A stretch of DNA of 64,000 nt from an uncultured Campylobacter sp. (GTDB taxonomy: Bacteria; Campylobacterota; Campylobacteria; Campylobacterales; Campylobacteraceae). Both the position numbers and the translations under genes were made by a program. This document shows, piece by piece, positions 50,774-60,626 of the stretch (position 1 is the first letter of the stretch; the number at the start of each line of letters is the position of its first letter). Location of the stretch: assembly GCF_947255105.1 (NCBI RefSeq), contig NZ_CAMYFP010000002.1, positions 84,120-148,119 of the forward strand. The letters are read 5' to 3'. The notes under the pieces are model-generated. The model was not told where the DNA came from and ran no database searches. It was given only the letters and a program-made list of their open reading frames with translations.

Positions 50774-51571
50774 ATGAAAAAGTTTTTAAGTATTAGTTTT
50801 TTAAGTGTTAGTCTGCTTTTTGCAAAGGGAGCTATTATTTTAGATCCAGCTGTTGTTGAGATATTTTATCTCTTAAATTGCGAGGATAAAATAACAGCCA
50901 TTGCAAAAACCCAGCAAAGTAAAATTTGGCCTGAAGAAAAAACAGCAAATCTTCCAAGCGTTGGAACTTATGTAAAGCCAAATTTAGAGCGTATTATTGA
51001 GCTTGATCCAGAGATCGTAATTACAAATTTTCACTCAGGCGAAATTTTAGATGACTTAAAAAGATTTAAAATAAACTATAAAGATACTCAGGCAAATTCC
51101 ATCAATGCAATTTTTGATAATATCAAAATCGTTGGTGAGTTTTGCAAAAAAGAAGATGAGGCAAAGAAGCTAATAGATAACTTTAAAAGCCAAATTTCAA
51201 AATTTAACACATCTAAATTAAAGGGCAAAAAAGCTATATTTTTCTACTCTTCTTCAAATTTAATGTCATTTGGAAAAGAGACCTTGCCAAGTGACATCTT
51301 TAAGTCATTAAATTTGATAAATTTAGCAGATAAACTTGATGGAAAAACACCAATTGTTACAAATGAGTTTTTGATAGAGCAAGATCCTGATTTTATGGTT
51401 GTTGTTGGCAATTTGAGTGTAGATGAGTTTTTAAAACAAAACCCAGTCTTAAAGCACACAGCTGCAGCCAAAAATAACAAAATTATCATAGTTGGCTCCT
51501 CATCATTGCTTAGAGGAAGCCCAAGATTGGTAGATGAGATAAAAAGGCTCTATGAAGAATTTATAAAATGA
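50774..51571 (+). CDS. Periplasmic binding protein (ChuD/HmuT-like, Peripla_BP_2)
   Basis: 265 aa with a signal peptide. Position and class match. Confidence 0.65.
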   Translation: MKKFLSISFLSVSLLFAKGAIILDPAVVEIFYLLNCEDKITAIAKTQQSKIWPEEKTANLPSVGTYVKPNLERIIELDPEIVITNFHSGEILDDLKRFKINYKDTQANSINAIFDNIKIVGEFCKKEDEAKKLIDNFKSQISKFNTSKLKGKKAIFFYSSSNLMSFGKETLPSDIFKSLNLINLADKLDGKTPIVTNEFLIEQDPDFMVVVGNLSVDEFLKQNPVLKHTAAAKNNKIIIVGSSSLLRGSPRLVDEIKRLYEEFIK

Positions 51572-52230
51572 GATACTTTTTACTCTCTTTGCTTTTTAAT
51601 GCGCTCATCCTGCTTGTGCCGCTGCCATCAGCCTCAATTAGCACATATGCAAAAGATGATCCAATTAGTATCAAGCTTAGTTTAGATTTTGTCTCTAAGA
51701 GTGAAGAGAGTACTTTGATAGATGATGAGATAAAAGAGAGCGAGGTTGATATAGAAGAGTTAAAAGAGCCTTTGATAGAGGAGCCAAAGGAAGTTATAGA
51801 AGAGATAAAAGAGCCGCAAGAGGTTGTAAAAAAGATAGAAGCTCCAAAAGAGCCAAAAATAGTAAAAGAAAAAAGGGTTAAAAAGGCTAAAAAAAGTAGC
51901 ATACCGCCAACTCAAAACTTGCAAAAGAGCTCAAATTTAGAGAGTAGGGGCTTTTGTAAAGAAAATGTTGGATTTAAGATTGTAAATGAAAAAAAAGAGT
52001 ATGAGTTGCCTAAAAAAGCAAGAATGTTGCGGCTAAGGGGAGATTTTAGGGCTGAAGTGAAATTTAGACTTTTAAAAGACGGCAGTGTGAAGATTTTAAG
52101 CTCAACTGGCGATAAAATTTTTAAAGAGGCTGCTATAGAGCTTACAAAAGAGCTTCAGATTGAAATAATTGATAAAAATAGCATTGGTTGCGATATTACC
52201 AAGCCATATATTTTTAGAATGAAAAGGTAG
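51568..52230 (+). CDS. TonB-family protein (additional copy)
   Basis: 220 aa with an N-terminal TM, an E/P/K-rich linker (EPKEVIEEIKEPQEVV) and a C-terminal TonB-like domain (YELPKKARMLRLRGDFRAEVKFRLLKDGSV). Confidence 0.55.
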   Translation: MRYFLLSLLFNALILLVPLPSASISTYAKDDPISIKLSLDFVSKSEESTLIDDEIKESEVDIEELKEPLIEEPKEVIEEIKEPQEVVKKIEAPKEPKIVKEKRVKKAKKSSIPPTQNLQKSSNLESRGFCKENVGFKIVNEKKEYELPKKARMLRLRGDFRAEVKFRLLKDGSVKILSSTGDKIFKEAAIELTKELQIEIIDKNSIGCDITKPYIFRMKR

Positions 52231-52233
52231 TAA

Positions 52234-53487
52234 ATGTTTAAAGAGCGAGTTAAAGGTCATCATAGACAAAACCTAACAAGACCAACAATGGCAAATCCAA
52301 AGGAATTTGAGGATTTTTTAAATACAAAACCACTGGATAAAAATGGCATTATCTATTTTCACATACCATTTTGCGACAATATCTGTTCGTTTTGTAACTT
52401 AAATAGAAAAAAACTAGAGGGAAAACTTGATGAATATAGCGATTTTTTGGTAAAAAATATTAAGTATTATGCCAAATTTCCCTATATCAAAGAAAAAGTT
52501 TTTAGTAGCATTTACTTTGGCGGCGGGACACCGACAACTTTAAGTTTATCAAATTTAGAGAAAGTTTTAAAGGCGATTAATGAGAGTTTCAACATCGCAA
52601 AAGAGGCTGAGTTTAGCTTTGAGACAACACTTCACAATCTAAATAAAAACAAGATAAATTTAATGCAAAGTCTAGGAGTCAATCGCTATAGCATTGGTAT
52701 TCAGACATTTTCAAACAAGGGTAGAAAACTCCTAAATAGAGTTGGCGACAAAAGCAAAGCGTTGGAGAAGCTAGGCTTGATAAAAGATGAGTTTAATGGC
52801 TTTGTTTGCACTGATATCATCTACAACTATCCAAACCAAAGCGAGGATGAGATTTTAGAAGATGCTAGGATTTTAAAGGAGCTAAAGATTGATAGTACAA
52901 GTTTTTACTCACTTCAATTTCACGAAGGCTCGGCTTTTTTGAAAGAGAACGATCCAAATTATTATGATTTAAAAACTGACTTTAAGCTTCATAAGCTCTT
53001 TTTAGAAAGTATGCTTGATGATAGTGATTATGAGCTTTTAGAATATACAAAAGTTGCACGAAAAAATCGCGATAGATATCTATATATAAAGCTTTCTCAC
53101 GAAGGTGTTGATATATTGCCAATTGGAGTTGGGGCTGGCGGAGGGCTTGGAAATTTTGGGATTTTTTCTATGAGCCAAGAGATGAAAATGATATCGAAAA
53201 AAACAGCTGCTCAAAAAGAGTATGATCTATTTTCAAATTTGTTTCAATACGATAAAATCGACATCGCAAGAGTAAAAAGTTTTTTAGACGACAAAACTTT
53301 TGATGAAATTTATAAGTTTTTTAAAACTTGTGAAAGTGAAAAGTTGTTAAAAATAGAAGAGGGTTTTTTGATATTTAATATAGCTGGAATTTTTTGGGGA
53401 AATAGTATCGCTGAAGAGAGCTTGAATTTGACAAAAGAGTATTTTTTACAAAAACATTTAAAAGAGATTGAGGGAGAAAATTTATGA
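52234..53487 (+). CDS. Radical SAM, HemN-like, anaerobic heme-degrading enzyme (ChuW/HutW-like)
   Basis: 417 aa with a CxxxCxxC radical-SAM motif (FCDNICSFC). It sits inside a heme-uptake cluster. Confidence 0.6.
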   Translation: MFKERVKGHHRQNLTRPTMANPKEFEDFLNTKPLDKNGIIYFHIPFCDNICSFCNLNRKKLEGKLDEYSDFLVKNIKYYAKFPYIKEKVFSSIYFGGGTPTTLSLSNLEKVLKAINESFNIAKEAEFSFETTLHNLNKNKINLMQSLGVNRYSIGIQTFSNKGRKLLNRVGDKSKALEKLGLIKDEFNGFVCTDIIYNYPNQSEDEILEDARILKELKIDSTSFYSLQFHEGSAFLKENDPNYYDLKTDFKLHKLFLESMLDDSDYELLEYTKVARKNRDRYLYIKLSHEGVDILPIGVGAGGGLGNFGIFSMSQEMKMISKKTAAQKEYDLFSNLFQYDKIDIARVKSFLDDKTFDEIYKFFKTCESEKLLKIEEGFLIFNIAGIFWGNSIAEESLNLTKEYFLQKHLKEIEGENL

Positions 53488-53987
53488 AAACATTAGTTTT
53501 ATACCATTCACTAACTGGCAACACAAAAAAAGTTGCCACTGCAATTGCAAAAAGCAAAAATGCTGATCTAAAAAGCATAGATGAAGAGTTTGATTTGGAC
53601 AATTATGAGTGTGTTATATTTGGATTTTATGTAGATAGAGGTTTTTTTGTGCCAAAGGCTGAAAATGTAGTAAAAAATATCAAAAACAAGACAATGGGTG
53701 TATTCTTTACTTTGGGTGCCGAGCCAGATGGCGATCATGCAAAAGATTGCGAGAAAAAAGCGATTGATTATTTTATAAAGCTAGGCAACAATGTAAAAGC
53801 AACTTTTTGCTGCCAAGGAGCAATCGATCCAAAGGTAATCGAACAGATGAAAAAAATGGCTGAAAAAATGGGCGATAAAGCCATACATTTAATAACTCCT
53901 GAAAGAAAAGCAAGATGGAAAAGAGCGGCCTCACATCCAGATGAAAATGACATAAAAAACGCTGTTTTGGCCTTTGAGAGTTTATAA
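53484..53987 (+). CDS. Flavodoxin-like protein
   Basis: 167 aa. The N-terminal FMN-loop motif is LVLYHSLTGNTKKVA. It overlaps the hutW-like stop. Confidence 0.6.
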   Translation: MKTLVLYHSLTGNTKKVATAIAKSKNADLKSIDEEFDLDNYECVIFGFYVDRGFFVPKAENVVKNIKNKTMGVFFTLGAEPDGDHAKDCEKKAIDYFIKLGNNVKATFCCQGAIDPKVIEQMKKMAEKMGDKAIHLITPERKARWKRAASHPDENDIKNAVLAFESL

Positions 53988-54093
53988 ATTTAGCAAAAAG
54001 TAGAGTGATTTTTAGATAAAAAGAGCCATTTGCAAAATTGTAAATAAATGAGTGATATAATACTAACTTATCATTACAAGTTAAAGGAGGGAT

Positions 54094-54447
54094 ATGAGAA
54101 AAATAGTATTTGCAATGCTCTTTGCATCAACTTTTATCTTCGCAGGTGGCTTCGTTAGTTCAAAGTCCCCGTCAAAAAGCGAAGCTATAAGCTCAGTAAA
54201 AGAGGCTTTGGCTGCCAAAGATGATGAAAAAGTCTCAATCAAAGGCTATATTAAAAAGTCCTTAGGCGATGAAAAATATGAGTTTAGGGATCTAAATGGC
54301 GATAGTATAATAATAGAGATCGACGACGATAAGTGGGGCGGTGTGAGTGCCGATGAAAAGACACTTTTAGAAATTTATGGCGAAGTTGATGACAATAAAT
54401 TTAAGAAAAATGAAATAGATGTAAAAAAATTAAGGTTGGTAAAATAA
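54094..54447 (+). CDS. Periplasmic OB-fold (YgiW/BOF family) protein
   Basis: 117 aa with a signal peptide and a charge-rich OB fold. Confidence 0.5.
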   Translation: MRKIVFAMLFASTFIFAGGFVSSKSPSKSEAISSVKEALAAKDDEKVSIKGYIKKSLGDEKYEFRDLNGDSIIIEIDDDKWGGVSADEKTLLEIYGEVDDNKFKKNEIDVKKLRLVK

Positions 54448-54448
54448 A

Positions 54449-54967
54449 ATGAATGTAAGTAAGATTAAATTTGGTTCAAATCCAGACAAGATAAATGCTG
54501 TTATTGAGATTCCATATGGTTCAAACATCAAATACGAGATAGACAAAGAGAGTGGCGCTGTTTTTGTTGATAGGGTGCTTTACTCATCTGTTTTTTATCC
54601 TGCAAATTATGGTTTTGTGCCAAATACTTTGGCAGAAGATGGCGATCCGATAGATATTTTGGTGCTAAACGAATATCCACTTCAAGCAGGCTCTGTTATC
54701 CCTTGCAGACTTATTGGCGTTTTGGCTATGGAAGATGAAGCGGGAGTTGATGAGAAACTTTTGGCAGTTCCAGTTAGCAAGATAGATCCTAGATTTGATG
54801 ATATAAAGTCCATCGACGACCTACCAAAAGCTACACTAAACAAGATAAAAAACTTCTTTGAAACTTATAAGTTGCTTGAGCCTAACAAATGGGTAAAGGT
54901 TAAAAATTTTGAAAGCGCACAAAAAGCAGCGGAGATGTTGCAAAGTGCCATAGAGAGATACAAATAG
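54449..54967 (+). CDS. ppa: Inorganic pyrophosphatase (family I)
   Basis: 172 aa with the motifs IEIPYGSNIKYEID and DGDPIDILV. Confidence 0.9.
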   Translation: MNVSKIKFGSNPDKINAVIEIPYGSNIKYEIDKESGAVFVDRVLYSSVFYPANYGFVPNTLAEDGDPIDILVLNEYPLQAGSVIPCRLIGVLAMEDEAGVDEKLLAVPVSKIDPRFDDIKSIDDLPKATLNKIKNFFETYKLLEPNKWVKVKNFESAQKAAEMLQSAIERYK

Positions 54968-54979
54968 TTTTTATAGACA

Positions 54980-55017
54980 ATCCAAAGATAGACCTGTTTT
55001 ATCTTTGGATTATTTCA
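54980..55017 (+). terminator. Hairpin downstream of ppa
   Basis: The stem is atccaaagata / tatctttggat (11 bp) with a 9-nt loop, followed by a T-rich stretch. Confidence 0.5.
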
Positions 55018-55351
55018 TCTATCTTTAAATTTCATCTTTAAGCCCCGCCCAAAAATTCAAATTTAGCAACTCAAATTTAGCTCTCTTTTGCCTATTGAAA
55101 TTTAAAGTTCTCTATCTTTATTTTTAGATAAAATATCTTAATAAAAGTAAATGTTTGATTGTGATATTTGATATTAAAATGTATTTTTAAAGAAATTTTG
55201 CAGAAAATATCAAATTTTTTTCAAATTAAATGCCTAAATTTAGGCTCTTCAAAGAGAATTTTCAAATTTAATTTAAATTTAAGTTAGCTGTTAGCTTTTT
55301 GATAGAGTGTTGTGATAAACTTCCTTATTCTTAATTTAAAGGAGAAAAAAT

Positions 55352-56044
55352 ATGAGAAATTTCATTAAAAGTGTTGCAAAATCAGTTGCAGTTATTACTT
55401 TGGTTTTTGGTGTAAGCGCTAGTGCTGCAGTAGTTGAAGGAAAAGACTATCAAGTTTTGGAAAAACCAATTGCAAATGCCCAAGGCACCGTTATTAAAGT
55501 ATTTAGCTATGATTGCCCATTTTGCTACAAATATGACAAGTCAGTTGTAGTTCCTGTGATGAAAAAAGTTCCAAATATGAAATTTATGCCTTATCACCTC
55601 TCTACAAAAGGTGTTTTTGGTATCTATGGAAGTGAGTTGTTAGCTACTATGATTGTTCTTGATGAGAATGCTGGAGTTGATCTTTTGAGTGATAATTCTA
55701 AATTTAAAAAGGCAAAATTTGCTCTTTATGATGCATATCATAACAAAAAAGAGAGATGGGGAGCAGATGCTAGTGTCAAGGCAAATTTAGACGCATTTCT
55801 TAAAGTAGGTTTGGACGCTGTTGGCATGAGCATGGATGAGTATAACAAAGCCAAAGAAGATCCAAAGGTAAAAGAGCTTGTTAATAGATGGGGCGTAGAT
55901 AACACAGGCGATGCTTATATGGTTGCTAAGATTCAAGGTGTTCCAGCATTTGTTGTAAATGGTAAATACCTAATCATCACTAAGTCTATAAGAGGCATCG
56001 ATAGTATGGCAGAGACCATCAACGAGCTATCAAAACTCAACTAA
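55352..56044 (+). CDS. DsbA-family periplasmic thiol:disulfide oxidoreductase with a CPFC active site (DsbL-like)
   Basis: 230 aa with a signal peptide and a CPFC thioredoxin motif. It is followed by a DsbB-like gene and three AssT paralogs, like the E. coli assT-dsbL-dsbI module. Confidence 0.7.
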   Translation: MRNFIKSVAKSVAVITLVFGVSASAAVVEGKDYQVLEKPIANAQGTVIKVFSYDCPFCYKYDKSVVVPVMKKVPNMKFMPYHLSTKGVFGIYGSELLATMIVLDENAGVDLLSDNSKFKKAKFALYDAYHNKKERWGADASVKANLDAFLKVGLDAVGMSMDEYNKAKEDPKVKELVNRWGVDNTGDAYMVAKIQGVPAFVVNGKYLIITKSIRGIDSMAETINELSKLN

Positions 56045-56059
56045 GAGATAGAGGTTATT

Positions 56060-56716
56060 ATGAGTTGTTTTTTTAGCAGATTGAAATCATCACCGATAAA
56101 TACTATCGCTGATTGGCAAGATAGCAGGGCGCCATGGCTTATATTGACTATTGCAATGGCAGGTCTTGTTATCTTGGCACATAGTTTTTTCCAAAACTAT
56201 ATCTATATGTTGCCTTGCGAGCAGTGCGTTTATATTAGATTTTCTATGCTTGTTATGGCACTTGGTGGGCTTGTCGCTTTGATAAATCCTAAAAATTTAA
56301 TACTAAAGCTTGTAGCCTATGTTCTAGCTTTTTATGGTGGTATAATCGGTGTAATGTATAGCGTAAAGCTAGATAACATTCACAAAGCAGTTCATGGCGA
56401 TGATCCTTTTGGAGTGCAAGGTTGCTCAACAGATCCTACTTTTCCATTTAACTTACCACTACACAAATGGGCTCCTGATTGGTTTCAGCCAACAGGAGAT
56501 TGTGGATATGACAACCCAATAGTGCCAATGGACGCAACTCTGAGTGGCATTCAAAAATTCTTTATAGATTTTTACTCTGATGGTTGGTATTTGTGGCCAG
56601 CATCACATTTTGGCAATATGGCACAATGCACGCTTTTAGCCTATGTTGTTGCGCTTGCAATACTTGTTGCTATGCTTGTTTGCTTTGTTATAAAAAAAGT
56701 AAAAAAAGCTAATTGA
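56060..56716 (+). CDS. DsbB/DsbI-family disulfide bond formation membrane protein
   Basis: 218 aa with 4 TM, a first periplasmic loop CEQC pair and a second loop with Cys. Confidence 0.65.
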   Translation: MSCFFSRLKSSPINTIADWQDSRAPWLILTIAMAGLVILAHSFFQNYIYMLPCEQCVYIRFSMLVMALGGLVALINPKNLILKLVAYVLAFYGGIIGVMYSVKLDNIHKAVHGDDPFGVQGCSTDPTFPFNLPLHKWAPDWFQPTGDCGYDNPIVPMDATLSGIQKFFIDFYSDGWYLWPASHFGNMAQCTLLAYVVALAILVAMLVCFVIKKVKKAN

Positions 56717-56736
56717 TTTTATTTTAAGGAGAGAGA

Positions 56737-58584
56737 ATGAAAAAAATTCTTAGTTCGGTTTTAGTTGCTGGTATGCTTGTCTCAGTTGGAGTGACAACTT
56801 CATTTGCAATTGGTGGAGCAAGTGGTGCCAAGACTGATTATGTAGTTCAAGGAAAAATTGGTGAGTTAGTTGTAAATCCTTACGATATAGCTCCACTAAC
56901 AGCTGTTATTAAAAATGGCGGATATACAATAAAAGATGTAACAGTTAGAATCGTGCCAAAAAAAGATGGTCAAGAAATTAAATATAAAGTAGCAGATGGT
57001 GAGCTTAAAACTCATGGTGGAATTCCTGTTTTTGGGCTTTATCCTGATTATGTAAATACAGTTGAAGTTGAATACACAAGAACATATAAAGGTGCCGATG
57101 AGAAGATAAAAGAAGATTATAAAATTTATACCGCTCCTGTTTTTGGTGATGTTAGCGGTATGAGAGGTCAAAAGGGTGTATTTTTTGATGAGATCAAAGT
57201 TACAAAACCTGCAACTGAGAAATTCAAAGATAGGCTTTATTTTGTGAATAACTTTCAACCAAAGACTGGAAAAGGCACAAAGGTTGTATGGAATAACCCA
57301 ACAGGTGGAGCATTAGAGTGGAACTATACTCCTCAAATCTTTATCCTTGATACAAAAGGTGAAATTAGATGGTATATGGAGCCAAGTAAAATTTATAATC
57401 TAAAATCAGCATTCCACGCTGGCGTTATGATGGGCTTTAAACAAAATGATGATGGTGATATAACTTGGGGTTATGGTCAAAGATATGCAAAATATGACAT
57501 TATGGGAAGAGAGATCTTTAACAGAGAACTTCCTGCTGGATATATTGATTTTTCACACTCAATGGATGATAGCCCAAATGGTCACTACTTCTTAAGAGTT
57601 GCTAATGCAAACCTAAAAAGAAATGATGGCAAAAATGTTCGAACTGTAAGAGATGTTATAGTTGAAGTTGATCAAAACGGTCAAGTTGTTGATGATTGGA
57701 AACTTTATGAAATTCTTGATCCATATAGAGACAATGTCCTAAAAGTGCTTGATCAAGGTGCAGTTTGTCTAAATATCGATGCAAAAGCTGGTGGTCATAC
57801 ACTAAGTGATGAAGAGCTAGCAAAGCTTGATGACAATGATAAATTTGGCGATATTGTAGGAAGCGGACCAGGAAGAAACTGGGCACACGTAAACTCAGTT
57901 GATCACGATGCCGAAGATGATAGTATCATCATCTCATCACGTCACCAAAATGCAATTATCAAGATAGGTAGAGACAAACAAGTTAAATGGATTTTAGGAA
58001 ACCCAGTTGGCTGGAAAGATAAATTTAAAGATAAGCTTTTAACTCCAGTTGACAGCAAGGGTAATAAAATTTCTTGCGGTGATGATGGTGCAAAATGTCC
58101 TGGATATGAAAGCGATAAAGGTGGCTTTGACTACACTTGGACACAACATACTGCATTTAAAATTGATGAGAAAAGCAAAGGCGATATCATTTATGTAAGT
58201 GCGTTTGATAACGGAGATAGTCGTGGTATGGAACAACCTGCACTTCCAACTATGAAATACTCACGCTCAGTAATTTATAAAATAGATCAAAAGAAAAAGA
58301 CAGTTGAGCAAGTTTGGGAATATGGAAAAGATAGAGGATTTGATTGGTATAGCTCAGTTACAAGCTTAACAGAGTACCAAGCTGACAAAAACTCAGTTAT
58401 GGTTTATTCAGCAGTTGCTGGAATGCAGTTTGACATCGCAACAGGAAATCCAACAGGTCTTCCAAGCCCACATATTAACGAGTTTGAATGGGGTGCAAAA
58501 GAGCCTGGTATTGAAATCATTATGACAAATGCAATGGGTTATCAAGCATGGCCATTTAGCATTGAAAAGGCATTAAGCAAATAA
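56737..58584 (+). CDS. astA: Arylsulfate sulfotransferase (AssT/AstA) paralog 1
   Basis: 615 aa with a signal peptide. It is about 70% identical to the two downstream paralogs. The assignment rests on size, periplasmic location and the dedicated Dsb pair upstream. Confidence 0.6.
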   Translation: MKKILSSVLVAGMLVSVGVTTSFAIGGASGAKTDYVVQGKIGELVVNPYDIAPLTAVIKNGGYTIKDVTVRIVPKKDGQEIKYKVADGELKTHGGIPVFGLYPDYVNTVEVEYTRTYKGADEKIKEDYKIYTAPVFGDVSGMRGQKGVFFDEIKVTKPATEKFKDRLYFVNNFQPKTGKGTKVVWNNPTGGALEWNYTPQIFILDTKGEIRWYMEPSKIYNLKSAFHAGVMMGFKQNDDGDITWGYGQRYAKYDIMGREIFNRELPAGYIDFSHSMDDSPNGHYFLRVANANLKRNDGKNVRTVRDVIVEVDQNGQVVDDWKLYEILDPYRDNVLKVLDQGAVCLNIDAKAGGHTLSDEELAKLDDNDKFGDIVGSGPGRNWAHVNSVDHDAEDDSIIISSRHQNAIIKIGRDKQVKWILGNPVGWKDKFKDKLLTPVDSKGNKISCGDDGAKCPGYESDKGGFDYTWTQHTAFKIDEKSKGDIIYVSAFDNGDSRGMEQPALPTMKYSRSVIYKIDQKKKTVEQVWEYGKDRGFDWYSSVTSLTEYQADKNSVMVYSAVAGMQFDIATGNPTGLPSPHINEFEWGAKEPGIEIIMTNAMGYQAWPFSIEKALSK

Positions 58585-58590
58585 TTAAAA

Positions 58591-58617
58591 TTTAGGGGGA
58601 ATTTTTCTCCCTAAATT
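58591..58617 (+). terminator. Hairpin after astA paralog 1
   Basis: The sequence is tttaggggga attttt ctccctaaa, followed by a T-rich stretch. Confidence 0.5.
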
Positions 58618-58688
58618 TATCTCTCTTTATAAATCTAGATAAAAGTTTCAAATTTGAGATTTCTATCTAAATTTAAAAAGGAGAGAAA

Positions 58689-60533
58689 ATGAAAAAAATT
58701 CTTAGTTCAGCCTTAGTTGCTGGAATGCTTTTAGGCATTGGAGTCACGACCTCTATGGCAATGGGTGGTCCAAGTGGTCCAAAAACAGATTATCCAAATC
58801 CTGGAAAAATAGGTGAAGTTATAGTAAATCCTTATAAAATCGCCCCACTTACAGCAATTATTAGAAATGGTGGTTATGAATTAAAAGATATCAAAGTAAC
58901 CATAGCCCCAAAAGAAAATGGACAAACACTTAGCTATCAAGTAAGTGATGCAAAAGCAAAGGGATATGGTGGAATTCCTATTTGGGGACTTTATCCTGAT
59001 TATTACAACACGATAAATGTAGAATATACTAAAATTCACGGCTCTAAACAAGAAAAGATAAAAGAGACTTATCACATTTATGCAGCACCAATATACACAG
59101 AAGTATCTGGCACACCAGATCAAAAAGGCTCAATGTTTAGCAAAATCGAAGTTAAAAAAGTAGCCGATAAATACAAAGATAGACTTTATCTAATCAATCA
59201 CGTAACAAACAAAAGTGGACAAGGCACTAGAGTTGTATGGAACAACCCAATGGGTGGAGCAATAGAGTGGAACTTTTATCCTCAAAATTTCATCATCGAT
59301 ACAGCAGGAGATGTAAGATGGTATATCTTTGCAAATCCAATATATGACTTTGATAAGGTTTATGGAGCAGGCGTTATGATGGGCTTTAAACAAAACCCTG
59401 ATGGTCAGCTTACTTTTGGATACGGACAAAGATATGCTAAATATGATTTAATGGGAAAAGAGAGCTTTAACCGTCAACTTCCACTTGGATATAATGATTT
59501 TTCACACTCATTTGATGTATCACCAAAAGGAAACTACTTCTTAAGAGTTGGTAGCTCAAATACAAAAAGACTTGATGGCAAAAATGTCCGCACTGTTAGA
59601 GATGTTATTATCGAAGTAGATCCAACAACTGGTGATGTTGTTGATGATTGGAGATTGTATGAGATACTAGATCCTTATAGAGATGTTGTTTTTAAAACTC
59701 TTGATCAAGGTGCAGTTTGCCTAAACATAGATGCGAATTTAGCAGGTCAAACTCTAAGCGATGAGGATTTGGCAAAACTTGATGACAATGATAAATTTGG
59801 AGATATCATAGGAAGTGGAGCTGGTAGAAACTGGGCGCATGTAAACTCAGTAGATCACGACGCAGAAGATGATAGTATTATCCTTTCAAGCCGCCATCAA
59901 AGCGCTATTATTAAGATAGGAAGAGATAAACAGGTAAAGTGGATTTTAGGCTCACCTGAGGGGTGGAGTGATAAATTTAAAGATAAGCTTTTAACTCCAG
60001 TAGATAATAAAGGAAATAAAATAGTTTGTGAAGCTAACGGTTCAAAATGTCCAGGATATCTAAACGAAAAAGGTGGATTTGACTACACTTGGACACAACA
60101 TACTGCATTTAAAATAGATGCAAAAAGCAAAGGCGATATCTTATATGTAACAGCTTTTGACAATGGCGATGGTAGAGGCATGGAACAACCAGCACTTCCA
60201 TCAATGAAATATAGCCGTGGAGTAATTTACAAAGTAGATCAAAAGAAGATGACTGTTGAGCAAGTTTGGGAGTATGGTAAAAATAGAGGTCATGACTTCT
60301 ACTCTCCGGTTACATCAATTACAGAATATCACGCTGATAAAGATTCTATTTTAATGTATTCGGCAACAGCTGGTGGAGCGTTTGATTTTAGCACAGGTGC
60401 TTTTGCCTCACTTCCAAATCCAACTCTTTTGGAATTTGATTATCTAGCAAAAGAACCATCAGTTGAAATCCAGATTTTTGATACAAATGGATATCAAGCT
60501 ATTCCTATAAATTTACAAAAAGCTTTTAAGTAG
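58689..60533 (+). CDS. astA: Arylsulfate sulfotransferase paralog 2
   Basis: 614 aa, paralogous to 56737 and 60627. Confidence 0.6.
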   Translation: MKKILSSALVAGMLLGIGVTTSMAMGGPSGPKTDYPNPGKIGEVIVNPYKIAPLTAIIRNGGYELKDIKVTIAPKENGQTLSYQVSDAKAKGYGGIPIWGLYPDYYNTINVEYTKIHGSKQEKIKETYHIYAAPIYTEVSGTPDQKGSMFSKIEVKKVADKYKDRLYLINHVTNKSGQGTRVVWNNPMGGAIEWNFYPQNFIIDTAGDVRWYIFANPIYDFDKVYGAGVMMGFKQNPDGQLTFGYGQRYAKYDLMGKESFNRQLPLGYNDFSHSFDVSPKGNYFLRVGSSNTKRLDGKNVRTVRDVIIEVDPTTGDVVDDWRLYEILDPYRDVVFKTLDQGAVCLNIDANLAGQTLSDEDLAKLDDNDKFGDIIGSGAGRNWAHVNSVDHDAEDDSIILSSRHQSAIIKIGRDKQVKWILGSPEGWSDKFKDKLLTPVDNKGNKIVCEANGSKCPGYLNEKGGFDYTWTQHTAFKIDAKSKGDILYVTAFDNGDGRGMEQPALPSMKYSRGVIYKVDQKKMTVEQVWEYGKNRGHDFYSPVTSITEYHADKDSILMYSATAGGAFDFSTGAFASLPNPTLLEFDYLAKEPSVEIQIFDTNGYQAIPINLQKAFK

Positions 60534-60538
60534 TTTTT

Positions 60539-60564
60539 AGCCCTTAAATTTAAGGGCTTTTTTC
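60539..60564 (+). terminator. Rho-independent terminator after astA paralog 2
   Basis: Perfect stem agcccttaaa/tttaagggct followed by tttttt. Confidence 0.7.
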
Positions 60565-60626
60565 TAAATTTAGACAAAAGTCTCAAATGGTGAGATTTCT
60601 ATCTAAATTTCAAAATAGGAGAGAAT

